Source: Hormiphora californensis (Eukaryota; Animalia; Ctenophora). Taken from it: a DNA stretch of 64,000 nucleotides. Position 1 is the first letter of the stretch, and each line of letters starts with the position of its first letter. The position numbers and the translations under genes are program-made. Of the stretch, positions 11,161-39,237 are shown piece after piece. Under the pieces are notes generated by a model. The model saw only the letters and a list, made by a program, of their open reading frames with translations. It was not told the origin of the DNA and made no database searches. Location of the stretch: the NCBI GenBank assembly GCA_020137815.1, contig CM035354.1:3472001-3536000 (forward strand), given 5' to 3'.

Positions 11161-14100
11161 AGACCTCCCCTTCTTTTTTTGGCCCTTTAAAAAAAAGAAT
11201 TTTTAAAAAATGAGGTGTTAGGGGATGAAAAAAATGAAAGATTTCCTTAGTTCCCCCAAAAGTTTTTTACAAAAAACAAAAGCCCCCAAAGGGGGAAAAA
11301 AAATGGGAAAATTAGAATGGAACAAATTTAGCATACAATTTTAAGTTAAAAAGGGAAGGGGGCATTTTAAAGATTTTCGAAGGGATTTTGCGTGGCCCCT
11401 TGAAAAAAAGAGAAGGCCCTTAAAAAAAAGAAGTGGCCAATGAGATGACCCCCAATTCAATCCGGGGGGGAAAAGGTGTGATGAAGGCGGGAAAAATTAA
11501 AAAATTTTTATTGAAAGGGGGGTGAGAAAAAGAGAGGGTATGATTAAAGAAAGGGAGAGGGGGGAAAAGGGGGGTGAGGCGGGTTGAAAAAACGGTGGGG
11601 AGAAAAAAAGTGGGTGGGGAACAAACGATTTAAAACCGACTTGAGGGGGTATAACCCCCCGAAGAAAGAAGAAAAAAGGGAGGAAGAGGTAGGGAAATAG
11701 GAAGTTTAATTGTTTTCAAGAAAAACCAAAACCCGTAATTTAAAGCCCCTTCGTTTTTTCTGGTTGCATTTTGAAAAAACCCCTAGATCCAAAATTGGGG
11801 GGAGAATTTTTTTTAGGGGGGTGGGGGAGAAAAGAAGGGAAAACGGGGGAAAAAGGGGAGGAGAGGGGGGGGGAGAGAGAAAGGGGAAAAGAAAAAAGGG
11901 AAAAGGGGGCCGGGAGGGAACGAAACGCACGCCCCCCCCCAGGGCCCGGCCAAGGAACGAAGGGCAGGGAAGGGGGGGCCAAAAAAGAGGGGTTTTAAAG
12001 GGGAGAGAGCGAGCCCCCGGTGGGGGGTTTGGTCTATTGGCGTCCCCGGGTCCCCCCCTTTTTCCCCCCCCTTTCAAATTTTTTAACCCCCGCTTTTCTC
12101 TCTTCTTCTTCTTCTCCTTTGTGGGTTTTTCTTGACGAAGCGGAAAAATAGTCACCCAATTACGAAAAACACGGAACTGCCCCTACGGGAGCCCAGTTTT
12201 GTGTAATTGGGGGAGCCATTCCTTTCTTACCCCACTCTGTCATCGGGGGTTTTAAAGAGGCGGACACCATTTTTCCCGGCAGAGAGAGAAGGGGGGAGAG
12301 GGAGGGGGGGAGGTAGAGGGAAGGAGAGAATGAGAGGGGGGGGAGAAAAAGGTGGGTTCTCGGCCCTTTGCGTTTTAAAGGGGTTCATAGGAGGATAGGA
12401 GCTCCATTAATTTTTTGGAACCCTGATTTTAAAAGGGGAAAAAATAGTTTTGTCGGGGAATCTGCCAAATTGTCCCCCACGTGTCACTAAAAAAAAGGAA
12501 ATGAGGCGAAACAATAAGTTAGTAAAAAAACCAGGAAAAAATAAAGCGAAATTTGGGAATTGAAAAAAAAAAAAATCATCAAACTGTGAAGAAACAGAAT
12601 TAAACATGGAGAGAATCCGAAAGAATAGCAGCCAAAGACAGGGGGCGGGGAAAAAATTTTGAAGATGAAAAAAGAATTGGATAGCCCCAAAATGAAGATG
12701 CGCGCGGGGGAAAACAAGACGGAAAAAAAAAAAAAAAAAGTTTTTATACGAGGAGAGGGGGGGGAGGGGGGAGAGGGAGTAAAAGAGAGAGGGGGAAAAA
12801 GAGGGGAAAAGGATAGAGGAGACCTTAGTGATTGGGTTAGTTTTGGGGGTTGGTCACGGTCAAGTCAGCAAGCTTCCCGTTCTGACTAAGCACCGAGGAG
12901 AGACATGAAAGAGAGATCGGGCGGGGTTTTCAGGGGAGATTCCCCCAATCCTAATCTGGAAAAAAATTTAAAAAGGAGGGGGAGGCTTCACGCTTTGCGG
13001 CGGGAAGGGGGCACCCCTTAGCAACCCTTTGCTTCCAAACGAAAAAGGAGGGGGAGGGAGAGTGGGAGTAGTGGGGGGGGTTGCCCGGGGGAAAGAAATC
13101 GGGAATTGATCCAATATTGTGATGCTTTTTTTGGGGGAAGGGGGGGGGGGTCCCTTTTTTGGGCCGTGTGGTTTTCCAAAAAAATTGGGGGTGTGTCACC
13201 GTGATCGACACCCCCGGTTCCTTTGGTACGTGACCTTTATTAAAGAAGGGACGGGGCGGTTTTAAACAGTGACTCTTGGAAAAAAACCCAGTTCCCGCGG
13301 GGTTTGGGGGTGAAGGGAGACAGGGGGCGATATACGAGACTGGGGCCGGGAGGACCCCAAATAGGGGTAATCCATGAGCTCAGACTACTTAAAAAAACAT
13401 CTGTGGGATAATGGGTGTGGAAACCCCGGGGGGAAATTAAAAATTCGGGGGGGGGCCGAATTAAAAAAAGATTTTGTTTCGGGGGAGAAAGGTTTTGTTT
13501 AGAAATTGGAACCCAACTAAAACCATTAGTTTCTGTCAGAGTATTGCCTGACCAGGGGGAACCGACCGAAAAAAGTAAAAAAAACCAATCAAACCGTTTT
13601 TTAGGTCACCCCTGATGGTTATAGCCCCAATCAGGGCCAGTATTTCCTGATTTGTCAGGCATTGGCCCGACAGATTAGTTTTGGGTTCCATTTCCCAAAA
13701 AAAACTCGGTCCAGTTTAAGAAAGAATGAGGGGCTCTCTCGAGTAATGAAAGAGGGGAAAACGTGGAACCCAAAGGGGGACTTAATATTTTTACCCTGAG
13801 TATTGGGGAAAAGGGGTATTCCGGGGTGGGTACAAATTCTTTTCATTGAATCCCCGGGGGGAAAAAGGTACCTGAGACCCCGGCTTTTTTAGGAGATTTT
13901 TAAGTGAAAAGGTTTAAAACCTTTTTTGAAAGTGTAGGGGGAAATTGAGGGGGGGGGATTGGTAGGAGTATTTTTCGGGTTTATAGGGGTCCTCCAAACC
14001 CCTTTTAAAGGAAAAATTTTGGGCCCAGGGGGTTTTTTTAATTTAATTAAATTAACACCCCCCTCTTAATTCTCAAATCCAAAAATTAACTTAAAAAAAT

Positions 14101-14760
14101 TTTAAAAATAACTCTTCCCCTTTCTGTACTTTATTTTGGGAAACGAAAGGGGGAGGGGAAATAAGAAAACCCCCTTTAAAACGCCCCCTTTCCCTCTTCC
14201 CCCTTTTTTCCCCCTTTTTTCTTTTTTTTTCCCTTCTTTTCCCCCTTTTCCTTCCAAATTGAGGGAGAGAGGAAAGGGGGGTATAGTAAAAAGAAAAAAA
14301 AGCCCTTTGAACGTGGGAGAAGGAGGGAAAGGAAAATTTTGCCCCAATTTGGGGGAGGAGAAGGGAAAAAGGGAGGAGAGAGAGAGAAGAATGGGGAAAA
14401 GGGGGAGGAAGGAGAGGAAAAAGAGGAGAGCGGGGAAAAGAGGGGGAGAGAGAGAGAGAGAGAGGGGGAGGGGGGGGAGGGGAAGGGGGGAGAAAGGGGG
14501 AAAGAAAAGACGGGAAGGGGAAAGGGAAGGCCAGGCCCCCAGGCCCCGAGAAAGAAGACACCCCGGATTCCCGGGGTTTTGGGTTTTTTGGTCTCTTTTT
14601 TTGTAAATTAACTCCCCAAAACTCTTGGGGCAAAAAAACTTCTTTTTCGGAGGGTTAAAAAGGGGGGGCCCCAAAAAGAAGGGCCCTTTTTCCCCCAAGG
14701 GAAAAAGGGGGCCCCCGGGGCCGAACCCCGGGGTTTTCCTTTTTTTAAAATGTTCTTCTT
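11161..14760. other. Low-quality/unpolished segment; 11161-~13880 is a homopolymer-inflated tandem duplicate of ~8300-11165 (probable assembly artefact)
   Basis: Collinear match to 8300-11165 (e.g. 8352 GTGAGGTGTTAGGGGGACTGAAAATGAACGATTTCCTTAG vs 11211 TGAGGTGTTAGGGGATGAAAAAAATGAAAGATTTCCTTAG); differences are overwhelmingly homopolymer expansions and dropped bases, and the same texture continues to ~14760. Confidence 0.85.
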
Positions 14761-14950
14761 TCCTGCTCCCTGAGTCACGGTAGAGTTGTTGCATTTCTGT
14801 ATGAGGAACGGAGGCGTGACTAACGGTAAGAAAGCAAATAACACAGCTCTCTCTCCCCGTCTAACTTGTGAGGAGCTTTATAGCGCTTTAGACCACTTCT
14901 TAGACCACCATCATCAGCCTATACCATCTGAGGAGAGAGAGAGGTAGAGG

Positions 14951-15101
<151 letters not shown>

Positions 15102-15291
15102 CGACAAAGACGCTGATACTGGCTGAGCCTCAAGGGATGAATGTCACTCATTGCCCCGTAGGTCCCCGCAGCATCACAGACAGACACACAGAAGTTCCCT
15201 GGGGATAGGAAATATAAAACTCGGATCTCAGGTTTTTAAAAACTGTAACTGTAACTCTACAAATGTACATCATGGTCAAAAATATTAGCTA

Positions 15292-18200
15292 TCATTTTTT
15301 CGGAATGGGTCTCAAGAGTTCTTCTCTCTGTTTAATAAGTAGCGCTTCAAGATGGTCTGCCCGGGCTAGAGCTGCCCCTTCTTTCTCCCTCAGTTCCCGG
15401 ATCAGTTCGTCTCTCTTCGAAAAGGCGCTCGTTATTCGTCCCTGGACATCACCCATTTCAGTTTCGTGAGACTTCTCCGTTCTCTCTAATTCCAACTTGT
15501 GGCGTGTTCTCGATTCAACGAGATCTGTTTTCAGATTTTTGTTTTCCTCCTCTAGCAGGACAAGCCTCTCGGAGAATTCTTCTCTAATCACCTCCTCGAC
15601 CTTGTCTCTCTCTCCCTTTAATCGAGATGAAACCTGAAAGAATTAAGTGTTTAGGGGTCGCGTCTAAAGGGGGGGGGGGGGCAAGAACAGGAGGGGACGC
15701 CTAGAAGGGGCGACTTTCTAATTGTTGTTTTTACTGATCTCCCATGGTAGAAGTGGTGACCGAAGTTACTTTGCATATCAATTAATAACTGTGAGAGGGC
15801 GCCGAACAAGGGGTGGGAAGATCCAAGATCCAATGTGGGATAAGAAGTGAGAGGGGGTGGGAAAGTGGGATAAGTAGGTGCGTGCGACACGAGCTAAGTA
15901 GCCAATTGAGAACCATACAATGTCATAGGCGGAGATGGGATGGGGAGGGAGGGGTGTTTAACAACTTCTAAACAACTCCTAAACCGTGTCGTACCTTTTC
16001 AATGTCTTCGTTTTGTCTTTCTAGAGATTTTAAGCCGCCCCTAAGTCGAATATTATCAGCCTCTACGTCTGTTAGTCGCTCCTTCATAACATTTAACTTG
16101 CTTTGGGTGGTGCTCGTTATGTGTTCCAAATCAGATATCTGGAGGGAGAGGTGGGCGGTTAAACAGAGGCGAGGGACAAGGCAGTAAGTGGCGAACAGAG
16201 GTGAGAGGAGTGACAGGGAAGTTGATGGCGAACAGAGGTGAGAGGAGTGACAAGGCAGTTAGTTTTCAACATGGGGAGGTGAGTGCCACTAATGACTAAA
16301 GCCAGTGGCGCACTGTTAGTGGTGGAGGGGCCGCCTGGTTAGATGTCATAACTTAGTACATAATATAATCGCATACCTGTGATTCATATTTGTCTTTAAG
16401 TCGTCTCATCCTGCAATCTACAGTGGACTCAGTTTCCTCTTTTTGGAGTGCTGCCTGTTCTTCTAATTTGCTAATAACCATTTCAATCTCTTTGTTTCTC
16501 TCCTGTCGTAGGGCGGCCCTGATATCCCTCTCCCTAGCCAGCAATTCAGCACTCTGAAACAATAGGAGTTAGAAACAACTAGATAATAGGGCGATAGTAG
16601 ATAGCACAATACAGCTAGCTCTGTTTTAGCGACCAGGAGGTCTCAGCCACATGCGTGTTCGTGAACGGTTATATCACGGGATAGGTCTACTGCGCACGGA
16701 CAGAAAGTGTTGAAAAACGTACTTTCTTTATAAGCGAGCATGCGCGCGCAACGCTACTGAGCAGAATTGATATTCAAAACAGAATCAAAACATCTCATTT
16801 GAAAATTTTTCATCATCTCAGAATCTCTAGATATGAGCCTGGATCCATGGAATACAGATTAGTGATAAATACCTGTTTCTGTTTCTGTGTTTCCAACCAC
16901 TGCTCCTTCTCGACTTCAATCCTGAGTTTAATATCTCTCATCGTATTGGCGTGATCTCTGTGTATGTTATCTATCTCGACAGAGTGTGTGGCTTGCAGTT
17001 TAGCCGCTTTTGTCTTAAATTCCTCCTGAAGTGTCTTCCTCTCTGTCTCAAGGGTCTGTTTGTGCTTTGCTAAACACTCCGCCAATCTGTCTTTTTCTTC
17101 CTGTACCTGAGAGTTGAGACGAGAGTAGCGGTTAACCAATAATTAGGGGTATCATGGGCAGAGTTGTGTGGCTCACACCGTGCTCTGTGTTGGTAGATCA
17201 TGGGCAGAGTCGTACACAAAATGAACATTTAACTACAAATATCTAGAGAATCTAGAGAATATTGTTATAACAATGATTACCTCTGCATGTAGTCTGCGTC
17301 TCTGCTGCTGAAAGGCATCCTCCTCCTGCTCCAACTGTTTTGTGAACCTGTTCTGAGCATACTCCCTCTCTCTCGCACATGCCGCCTCTTTCTCCCTCTC
17401 CAACTGCTCTCTCAGCTCCTCAACTTGGGATACAAATCTCTTGCTTGCTCGCTCATCCGCTGCTAGTAGCTCTGCCTCGTGCACTGCTTTAACACGTTTT
17501 AGTTCAGCCTTGTTTTTAGAGATTAGTTTCTGTATTTCTGGTTCCAGTCCCTTGACAGTCATCTCCTTGATCTGGTTACTTTTCTCTGCAATCCACCGCT
17601 CCCTGTGAATAAAATAACGGGAAAATTGCAAGGGGTCGATGTATTTATCTACTAGAAAGGGAGGTGATATAAAGATTGAAAATTGGACAACTTATTCTGA
17701 CCAAATAAGAGAACCAAAAGTATTCTAAATATTTTACCGTTTAATTTTCTCCGCAGCCTCCACAGCTTCCTTCTGTTTCTTTATCTCTACACGCTGTCCA
17801 TCCTCCAACACCTTCACTTTGTCACCCAGCCTCTTCTCTGTTGCACGGAGCTGCGATACCAAACCTTCCACCTGAAGAAAACAAAGATCTGCTTAGAAAA
17901 GTGATAATTTGGAGTTCAATGTCGTTGACAAATGCCATTGATTGGTTTCACTCATAATTTAATGTTTTCAAGCGCAGCAACAGTTTCAGATTGTCATAGC
18001 AACTGAAATGCATTGAGCTACCTTTTCACTGAGCAATTTCTTATCAGCTATCAGTTGGTCTATAAACCCAAGATGCCGCTGAATTGCAGTTTCGTATTCG
18101 GCTTTCTGGTTAGCGAGCCGTTGCTGTGCATCCTTCTCTTGTTCGTTAGTTAGTCGGAGTGTCAGATCTCTCTGTTCGTCTAGTGCTCGTTGTAACATCA

Positions 18201-20593
18201 AAACAGCCTTCCCCTTTTCATCACTCTCTAGTTTTGCTGCAAACACCTGGGACAAGTGGAAAATATAATTGGGGGATATCTTAAACTCGGTTTCGCTTTG
18301 ACTGTTATCATATCCGTACTAAAATGCATTGGGAGTGGGAGTTATATTGAAATTTGAAGGTAGGGAGGGTGATTTGTGATATACATCCAGTTCCCCCACT
18401 GACTATAACTAACCCTGGCCTGAAGTGCAGCTGTTTTTTGTGTAGTACTAGTCAACTCTCCCTTCAACAATTCCAACTGTTCCGCTTTAGTCGTCAGCTG
18501 TGTCTGAGTTTCCCTGACGTTCTCTGTTATCTCCTCGACCGCTGCACTAACGTCTTTCAGCCGTGATCGCTCCATTGCAGCAGCTGAGGTATAGCTCTAG
18601 GGGATATTTTGTTATGTTCTAACCCTCCTTTACAATATGAGAGAGGGTCGAGTGAGGCAAGCCGGCAAGGGATATTGTGGTGGGTAAAGAAAAAAAAAAC
18701 GATTGAAGATTAGAAGGGTGGGGAGACAAAAAGGTCCACTATTAGTTATTACTGCAGTGAGGAAACCAACCTGGGTATCTTCAGAAGGGGTGCTGTCTGC
18801 TGTTTCCAGGAAACTCAAGATACTCTTCAACTTGCCTCCTCCCATTACCGATTGTAGATTAGATGGTGCTCCAAACCTGTCCAATCTTGAAATTAACACA
18901 CTTTAGAATACAAATAGTAGGTACCATTCAGAGGCTAAGTTCTCAAATTTACTACAACAACCCCATAATCAAAGAATATTTCACTAATTCAAATTATAGT
19001 AACTGATACCCCACATAAACTCCTTTCTTACTTGTAAGCTTCTCCCTGTGTAAGTTTGGGAGTTGGAGGGATTGACACAGTACTCTTGACCTCTGATAAG
19101 GCAGCATCAGATTCGGCCTCTAACATTCTGAGTGTGTCCATGAGCGAGGAGAAAGCCTTCTTTTTGTCCCTCGCGCTCACCTCTTCTGTCTCTTGCCACC
19201 CAACCTAGTAGTGAGGGAATGGGTGACGATAAAGTGATTGTAGTGGTTGAGACAGAGATCACCACTAAAACTACAGAATGTGATACTACCAGAGGGTCAC
19301 TTTTGGTTGAAAGTTACACCAAATTCTCTAATATTGTTGGGATTTACCTTTGGTTTCGGGGGTTCGGTAACTTTGCGACCGGAGCTTTGGAATATTTCAT
19401 CTATCAAGTTATCATAAGTCTGGTCCACTGTGGTGACGTCACTATTTTTAGTGACGTCACCTAGGCTCTGTGACGTCACTTAGTTTCTGTGACATCATTA
19501 ACTGTACTGTTCTGATTTTGTCTGGAGTTGTGACTGGCTCAGCTGGTGGCGTGGGTTCAGGAGTTTTTGGTGGTTTTGCTTTCTTTGGATGTTTCTTCTT
19601 TTTCGTTTGCTCAGAAGCTAACTTCAACTCTTCATCTACGAGCTTTTGTTGTAGTTTTCTCTTCTCTTCTCTTTTCTTGTTCAAATCTTCAATTGCCTTT
19701 AATCTTGCCTGATGGTGTACTAATTAGTTAACGAAAACATATAATTAAGAGGACACAATTATTATGCCAACGTAAAACAGATCTAAATACCTTTCTCTTT
19801 TTTTCCTCAGTATCAAACCGTGATTTTCGTTCCTTTTCAGCCTCTGTTTCTCTCTCAGCGAGCATCTTCTCTTTCTCCATAGCCAGCATCTCCCGTAACT
19901 AAACGATATTGCGTTACCAGGGAAACTAGAGAGAGAGAGAGAGAGAGTTCAAGATAGTTGAATTGTACACTTACACTGTCATTTAGTTGTGGAACACTAC
20001 AATTTGATATCTCGGTAGAAGCCTCTTTCTGCTGTCTCTCGGCAGACCTTCGCCGCCAGTGGTTTTGGATGGTTGTAGCCGCTTCCTCTTGTTTTTCGTT
20101 ATCCTGTTTTCGGGCTGTGAAATCAGGCTTCATAACGATAGAATCCTTCACGGGGTAATCATCGTCCAGGGACTGAAAGATAAACTTGATAAAATTGATA
20201 AATAAGCTTTATTTAACGGAAATGTAAACGGTGCCAGTCTCTTCAGCATCCCCCTTTCGCTCGAACCTCCAAAACCCAGTCCATGAAAGTTATTAAATTA
20301 CAACATTAGTTGAATCAATAAACTTATCTTACATCACGAGGTTGAGGGAGGGAGCGAGATAATCGATCTAAAACATCCTCAGTTGACAACCACGGGTTTC
20401 CCCTTTTGTCTGCCGCACTCGGGCTGTTCAGATAAGTGGTAGATGCCTTGGATTCTTTAGATAGGTTAACAACTTCTTTTTTGGGTGATTTAGCATGGCG
20501 TCTCTGTGCGAAGTTAACTCCAAGTGCCTTTGATTTCGGTTTAGGTCGACTACTGGAAACTGACGAGCGGCCGCTGACCAATAGGTCATCCAT
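15292..20593 (-). CDS. CEP131: Centrosomal protein of 131 kDa (AZI1), ~14 coding exons
   Basis: Exonic peptides ERWIAEKSNQIKEMTVKGLEPEIQKLISKNKAELKRVKAVHEAELLAADERASKRF, EYETAIQRHLGFIDQLIADKKLLSEK, ERNKEIEMVISKLE and ARADHLEALL match CEP131; IQ-like AATTIQNHWRR; GT-AG junctions visible; start MDDLLVSG at 20593, stop at 15292. Confidence 0.93.
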
Positions 20594-22028
20594 AGCCTAA
20601 GTAAACCCTACTTTATTTAAAGAGAGTCAATTCAAAAGTCAAAACATAATAATATTAACGGTCGTAAATCATGGAGAATAACTTCGCATAGAATCAAAAA
20701 TCGGAAGTTCACGTTTAAAAAAGTAACGACAAAAAATTTATTGCTTGAAAAACGCGAAAATTTGGTTATTTTCGTGCGCGCGCCTGTCACGCGCTATTAT
20801 TGTGCCGCGCATACATCATCGCGGTTCGGCGTTCACATCGCAGTTTCTCTCAATTCTCATCGGGCAGCAATCCATTCCCAGGAAAGAGTACCAGAGTTCT
20901 TGGAACGATTGTTATAGACCACCATAATAATTGGAACAAAGTAAAAAGTAGCGGTGTTTGAGGGGTAAAAATGAAACGGAATTTTTACAGAAATCTTTCA
21001 CACACGATCACAGGGCAAGGTGTACACGCCCATGTCCACTCTCCACTCGTCTGATCAACCACGATACCCATCGGGCAGGGGACTATAACAGCGAGATAGA
21101 GATCTGGATAACCTACATTTGTAGAGAACACAGCGGTATTGAGATCAGTCAGTTTGCGGCTCTGACAGTCTCTGTCACCACTGTGTCACATACTACATGT
21201 ATTTTAGAAAGAATAACTTTACGGTCGCCCTCCACTCCTTAAAGATATATCGACCGTCACAATCACAAAAAAACGTTTAAAACAAATAAAAATTAGCGAA
21301 GAGGTGTGTCAGCTAGGGGCAGTAAACAAGCAGTACCCTCACGGCCAATAAAGGCCGGGACCGTAGCGTCGTGTAGTAGGGAAAAACGTACGAAAGCATA
21401 GAAATTAGAAAAATATTCTGAAACCGGCTTTGGGGAAACAAAAATGTCTGGTTGACACGGTAAGAAAACCTGCAATCAGACATCTCATAGTCACACACTC
21501 ACACACTCTTTCTCACACTCTCACACACATGTCTCTCTCACACTTAGGGGATCAATTATTATACGGGGATTTAAAATGCTAAAACACATTTACACGAGCA
21601 CAGCTCAGATACACACTCACATACTCGCACACACTATTACATTATATTCGTCTCTGCTACACTTCTCTCTCGCAAAAGCACGTTTTAGCGAGTGTTGCAT
21701 ACGTGCCGTCATTGTGCCGCACTTGCACGTGCATAATTTACAAAGCTGCACGTGCAAAATTAAGTGTTATTGCACGTGCGAGCGCGTTATGATTGCACAT
21801 ATGCACACACTCGCCCTTTCTGGCAATAAATTACATATGACATATTAAAAGTCCAAATACATAGATAAACCACCTACTGAAAAAAGCAACGATTCATATC
21901 GCAGAGTTTTTTATATATATTTCTCATCAAAAACAGTTTTGTGTATTTTCTTCTCATTTTAAACTGTCGGCAGTTGCATTTTATGTACAAAAATTTAATC
22001 CCTATAATTCTGTTTTGGACACGTGTTG

Positions 22029-35038
<13,010 letters not shown>

Positions 35039-36146
35039 CCTATAGCCGCCTGTAAGGAAGAAGACGAGGTTAGAGATGGAAATATTTATAAAGGAGCAAT
35101 TATATATTGTCAATTGGGGGTGTATCAAACTAAATAAAACTGTCTCAAAACATGTCAGTGTAGCTGTCATATATGGGGTTAAACAAGTTTGGGGCGTGGT
35201 TGGAATTTAATATGATTCAATATTAGGAGAGTATCTGTGGGTATGTAATGATCGGAGAGAGGGAGATAGAGGTTGGGTGGAGTATTTTGGATGATGAGAC
35301 GTCGTGGTGCGATGGCGGGGGAGAGGGGGAGAGAAACTACAAACCAGTTGATAATAAGTTCAAGTGTCAAACAAGCAACGAAGCAGAATGCGAAGAGAAG
35401 AAAAATGATATTTGACACAGTCGACTCAGCCGTTATCTGCTTTAAATTTCTCCCTTCCACCCTCTTTCACACAATCTCTCTCTCCTTCTCTCTAGCTCTC
35501 TCTCCCTATATATCTCTCTTTCTCTCTCATACCTCTCGGAAAAAACTCTTGTACTAGCTCCGTCTGCCCCCCTTTATGCGCCTTTAGTGCCGTTATCTGC
35601 TGGCCGTTACCGATAACTCCAGTGACCGGAAAGGCACATAAAGGGGGGGGGGGTAAAATTAATTCATAAGAAGTAGTCAACTGTGCACGTCATTCTTTTT
35701 TTAGGTCCCGGTACTGTAGGTTAGTGCTATCAGAAAATACCAAGAGAGGGGGAGATGCTCAGTATCCTCCAGGTTCTTTCTAGCACGTCTTTAAAACAAA
35801 CAGCAATTGGTGCACTAGTGTGTAAGTATCTGAACAACGCTGCGCTCACAATATCACAGAAAGAAGGTGTTTACACAAGGGGTGTACCCAAAGCAAAGCC
35901 GATAATATTCGACCCAATTAGGCCACATAGATCTACAAATTGATGAGTGAGGACATGTATTATTATATGTTCTAAATATGGAAAACCGAAAGGTAGGGCG
36001 AAAAACAGCTCGGCTAAAAGCAAAAACATGTTTACTTAAAAAGAATTATCATGGCATATAATATCTAAGTCATGACACTGTGCAGCAGCGGGAAACACGT
36101 ACACGCAGTGACCGGTGCACAGTGTTGCGGGGAAACTTTGGACTCA

Positions 36147-36185
<39 letters not shown>

Positions 36186-36214
36186 TCCTCTCTCTCTCAT
36201 TCTCTATTTCTCTC

Positions 36215-36245
<31 letters not shown>

Positions 36246-38475
36246 TCCTCCGCCAATTCTGTAAGGTCCCCCTACCCATTCGCGTGTGCGAGTCAGATCT
36301 GCGCTCACTCCTGGTAGACTTTACAAACTGGTGTACAACACCTGGCGGACTGTGTGATTTGAACTCAGAACTAATGTGATGTGGTGTTGAGAACTAAAGA
36401 GATCTGAGTAGCAATGACAGGTGTCCGATGAGACATGTGTAATGTCTAAACAGCTGATCTGTAGACATTAGTGTCTAGACAGTTGATGTAGACATTGTCT
36501 GGATCAATACCAGCTGGAGACATGAGGTAGGCGTACGGCGAGGGAGTAAAAAACAAGCTAAATCCAGTAACAGAAAGTTCTTAACCGGGGCTAGCGTTCG
36601 CATGCATGGCACTCAACAAGTCAATATGACTGCAGGGGGTCTTGTAGGAGGGGGAGATTCACACACTGATCCTTGCTATGAGGGGGTGTGTCATGGTGTT
36701 GTGGTGAAGAAACCAAGAAACCAGGAAACCACTAGTTGTACAAGCAAAACCAGCAGCAAACTACCAGCAGTGCGGCAGTGCAGCAAACTACGGGACAAGC
36801 AAAGAAGAGAGAGAGAGGGGGATATAAGATCAAGAGATAGCAGAGATAGTAGATGTAGAGAGAACGAAAGGACATGTGACACGATCTCAGTAGAGAGTGG
36901 AGACAGAGGCTGACTACCTAACCGTACAACTAGTAGAAAGAATCTGGTAGGTTTCAAAAGCTGGCCTAATGAAGCACACTGCAGAAGAAGGTGCAATCTT
37001 GTGTAAGAAGTTAGAAGCTTGCCCCGTAACTAGCAAAAAAGGTTGTGGTGAGAAAAGAGAAAGAGAAGAGAGAGAGAGAAGGGAGAAGAGAGAAAAGGGG
37101 GTTTGGGGTTACATAACACTAATAGGGATCCAGGAAGAAAAGTCACGTGACCTCTGTGTGTGTGTGCTGCACTAAGGGTGTGTTTTTCCTGATCCGCAAT
37201 ATACCACAATACTACCAGTTATAATAACTGCAGGGAGGGGGGTGCACAACACTACGAGGAGAGAGGGGGTGCACAACACAGATAGAACACACCAAATGTT
37301 GAGGACAACAACAATTAGGTAAGTGAGGAGACTAGTGATCTGTTAGTAATTACTGGAAAACACTTGGAGATCTGGATCAATTTGATAATCAATTGCAGCT
37401 GAGAGAGAGAGATGGACTAAAGACAATGGTGAAACTCAATACGATCTATGGTTCACGTTACAAGAAAGGGTGCGGTGATGATGAAAATGAGGTCCACAAA
37501 CAGAGAAAACCGGGGTGGGGGATGTTCATTGTACAATTATTACACACAAGAAGGGAGGCTGTATTATCTGGAGGGGAGGACACTTCTTCCCGGGACACGG
37601 CTTATCACCTAGGGTGACCCATTCACCTGACTGAGAGTCGAGAGAGGAAGGGAGGGACCTCAGCCCCTAGCCCTCCCTCTCGTCTTGTTCGACCCTCTCG
37701 TCTTTCCCACTTCACTCCGGTTAGAACATAACAAGCCCTCCCGGGCCCTTCTAGAATTAGGATCTAATTTGTTACAGACCTCATTTCCCATCTCTCTCTC
37801 TCTCACTGGTTCTTTTCCCCTCTCTCACTCTCTCTCTATCACTCTCTCTCCCTCTCTCACTCTGTCCGTGCGAGAATGCGTATATTCAGACCCATACATG
37901 TCACACGCAGGGTGGGACAGTGAAATTAATAATCCATATGTGTTGTTTTATATACCCTCGTATATTACAACAAAATACAAAACAAGATCGTGGGACAACA
38001 TAATTATACTGGGAATATATCGCGAGGAAAATTTAAAGGAATAAAATATAAAATATTGCGGGATAAATGGTTGAAGATTGAAGAAGTCACACAACGCAAG
38101 GCGATAAAATAAAAAGGGAATCAATCACAAGGGGTGTTGTTTGACTAAATGTGGAATAATCTACCCCTTTTTGCTCTCCAAGCCGACCTATTTGCGGGAA
38201 CCATTGTTTGGTGCCAACCCTTTGGTACCGCTAGAATTATAACAGTCGCACACCACTGTACTTTTCTGAACACCGCAGTAACAGCAACCATGAAAAAATA
38301 TACAGGTCTCACTACTACCTCTCTCTCGAAGAGCTCTCTGATCTAGTCACCCCTGTCTTTCTCTCTCCTCACGGTTAAAGCTCAATCACTGCTCCGAAAC
38401 GATTATGCCATTCATGTAGACATTGCCAATCGAGAGAGGGAGAGAGAAAGAGAGAGAAAGATAGAGAGAGAGAGA

Positions 38476-38508
<33 letters not shown>

Positions 38509-38595
38509 AAGACCGCCAGAGAGAACGAGAGAGATAGAGGAGCTGAGGAGAAAGAGAGAGAGAGAGAGAGATGTAGAGAAGAGAGAGAGAGATTG

Positions 38596-38632
<37 letters not shown>

Positions 38633-39135
38633 ATTGTAATGATATAAGGTACCTGAGATTATGTACTAAGTAAAGAAATATAATAAATTAAGACCGAAGA
38701 TAGAATTAATAAACAGAACCCACAGAACCCAAGTTTGCTAAGCGGGAGGGAAGGTATACTGCGGGAGAGAATTGTTAACGAAGTAACCCCTCTCTTGCCA
38801 GTGGAGAGAAGATATCCTGCCCCTACACAGCCATAGAAGAGGATTGAAAATATAGAAGTTAGAAAATGCTGATTGAAAACTTGGTATAATATCTACCCTT
38901 TGTCTTGATAGACGCTCCCCTTTCTCTTAGAGATGTTGCCTGTTCATTTCCATTCATGAAGCGTATTACCATGATTGGCAGTTGATCTCTCTCCCCCTCT
39001 CTCTTTCTATCTCTCTCGCCCACTTACTCACTTAGCCTCTCCCTCTAGTTTTCTCCCTCTCCCTCCCTCCCTTTCTTTCATTATTCGCATTTTTCAGGAC
39101 CACTATCGGCTACTCACTGTCACACATGTACGAAT

Positions 39136-39237
39136 CACGTGGTATACCCTGTATTTCAATTGGCTGATTTAGGTCACGTGACCTACCTCCCTGTATTCTG
39201 ATTGGTTAAGAGAGTTGGTAACAGTTGCCATAGCAAC
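39136..39237. promoter_or_regulatory. E-box/CCAAT/RFX X-box cluster upstream of plexin
   Basis: CACGTG 39136, ATTGG 39159 and 39201, GTCACGTGAC 39173, consensus X-box GTTGCCATAGCAAC 39224-39237. Confidence 0.45.

Noticed and set aside
11706-14844. Numerous G/K/P/F-rich ORFs
   Set aside because: Products of the homopolymer-inflated low-quality segment.
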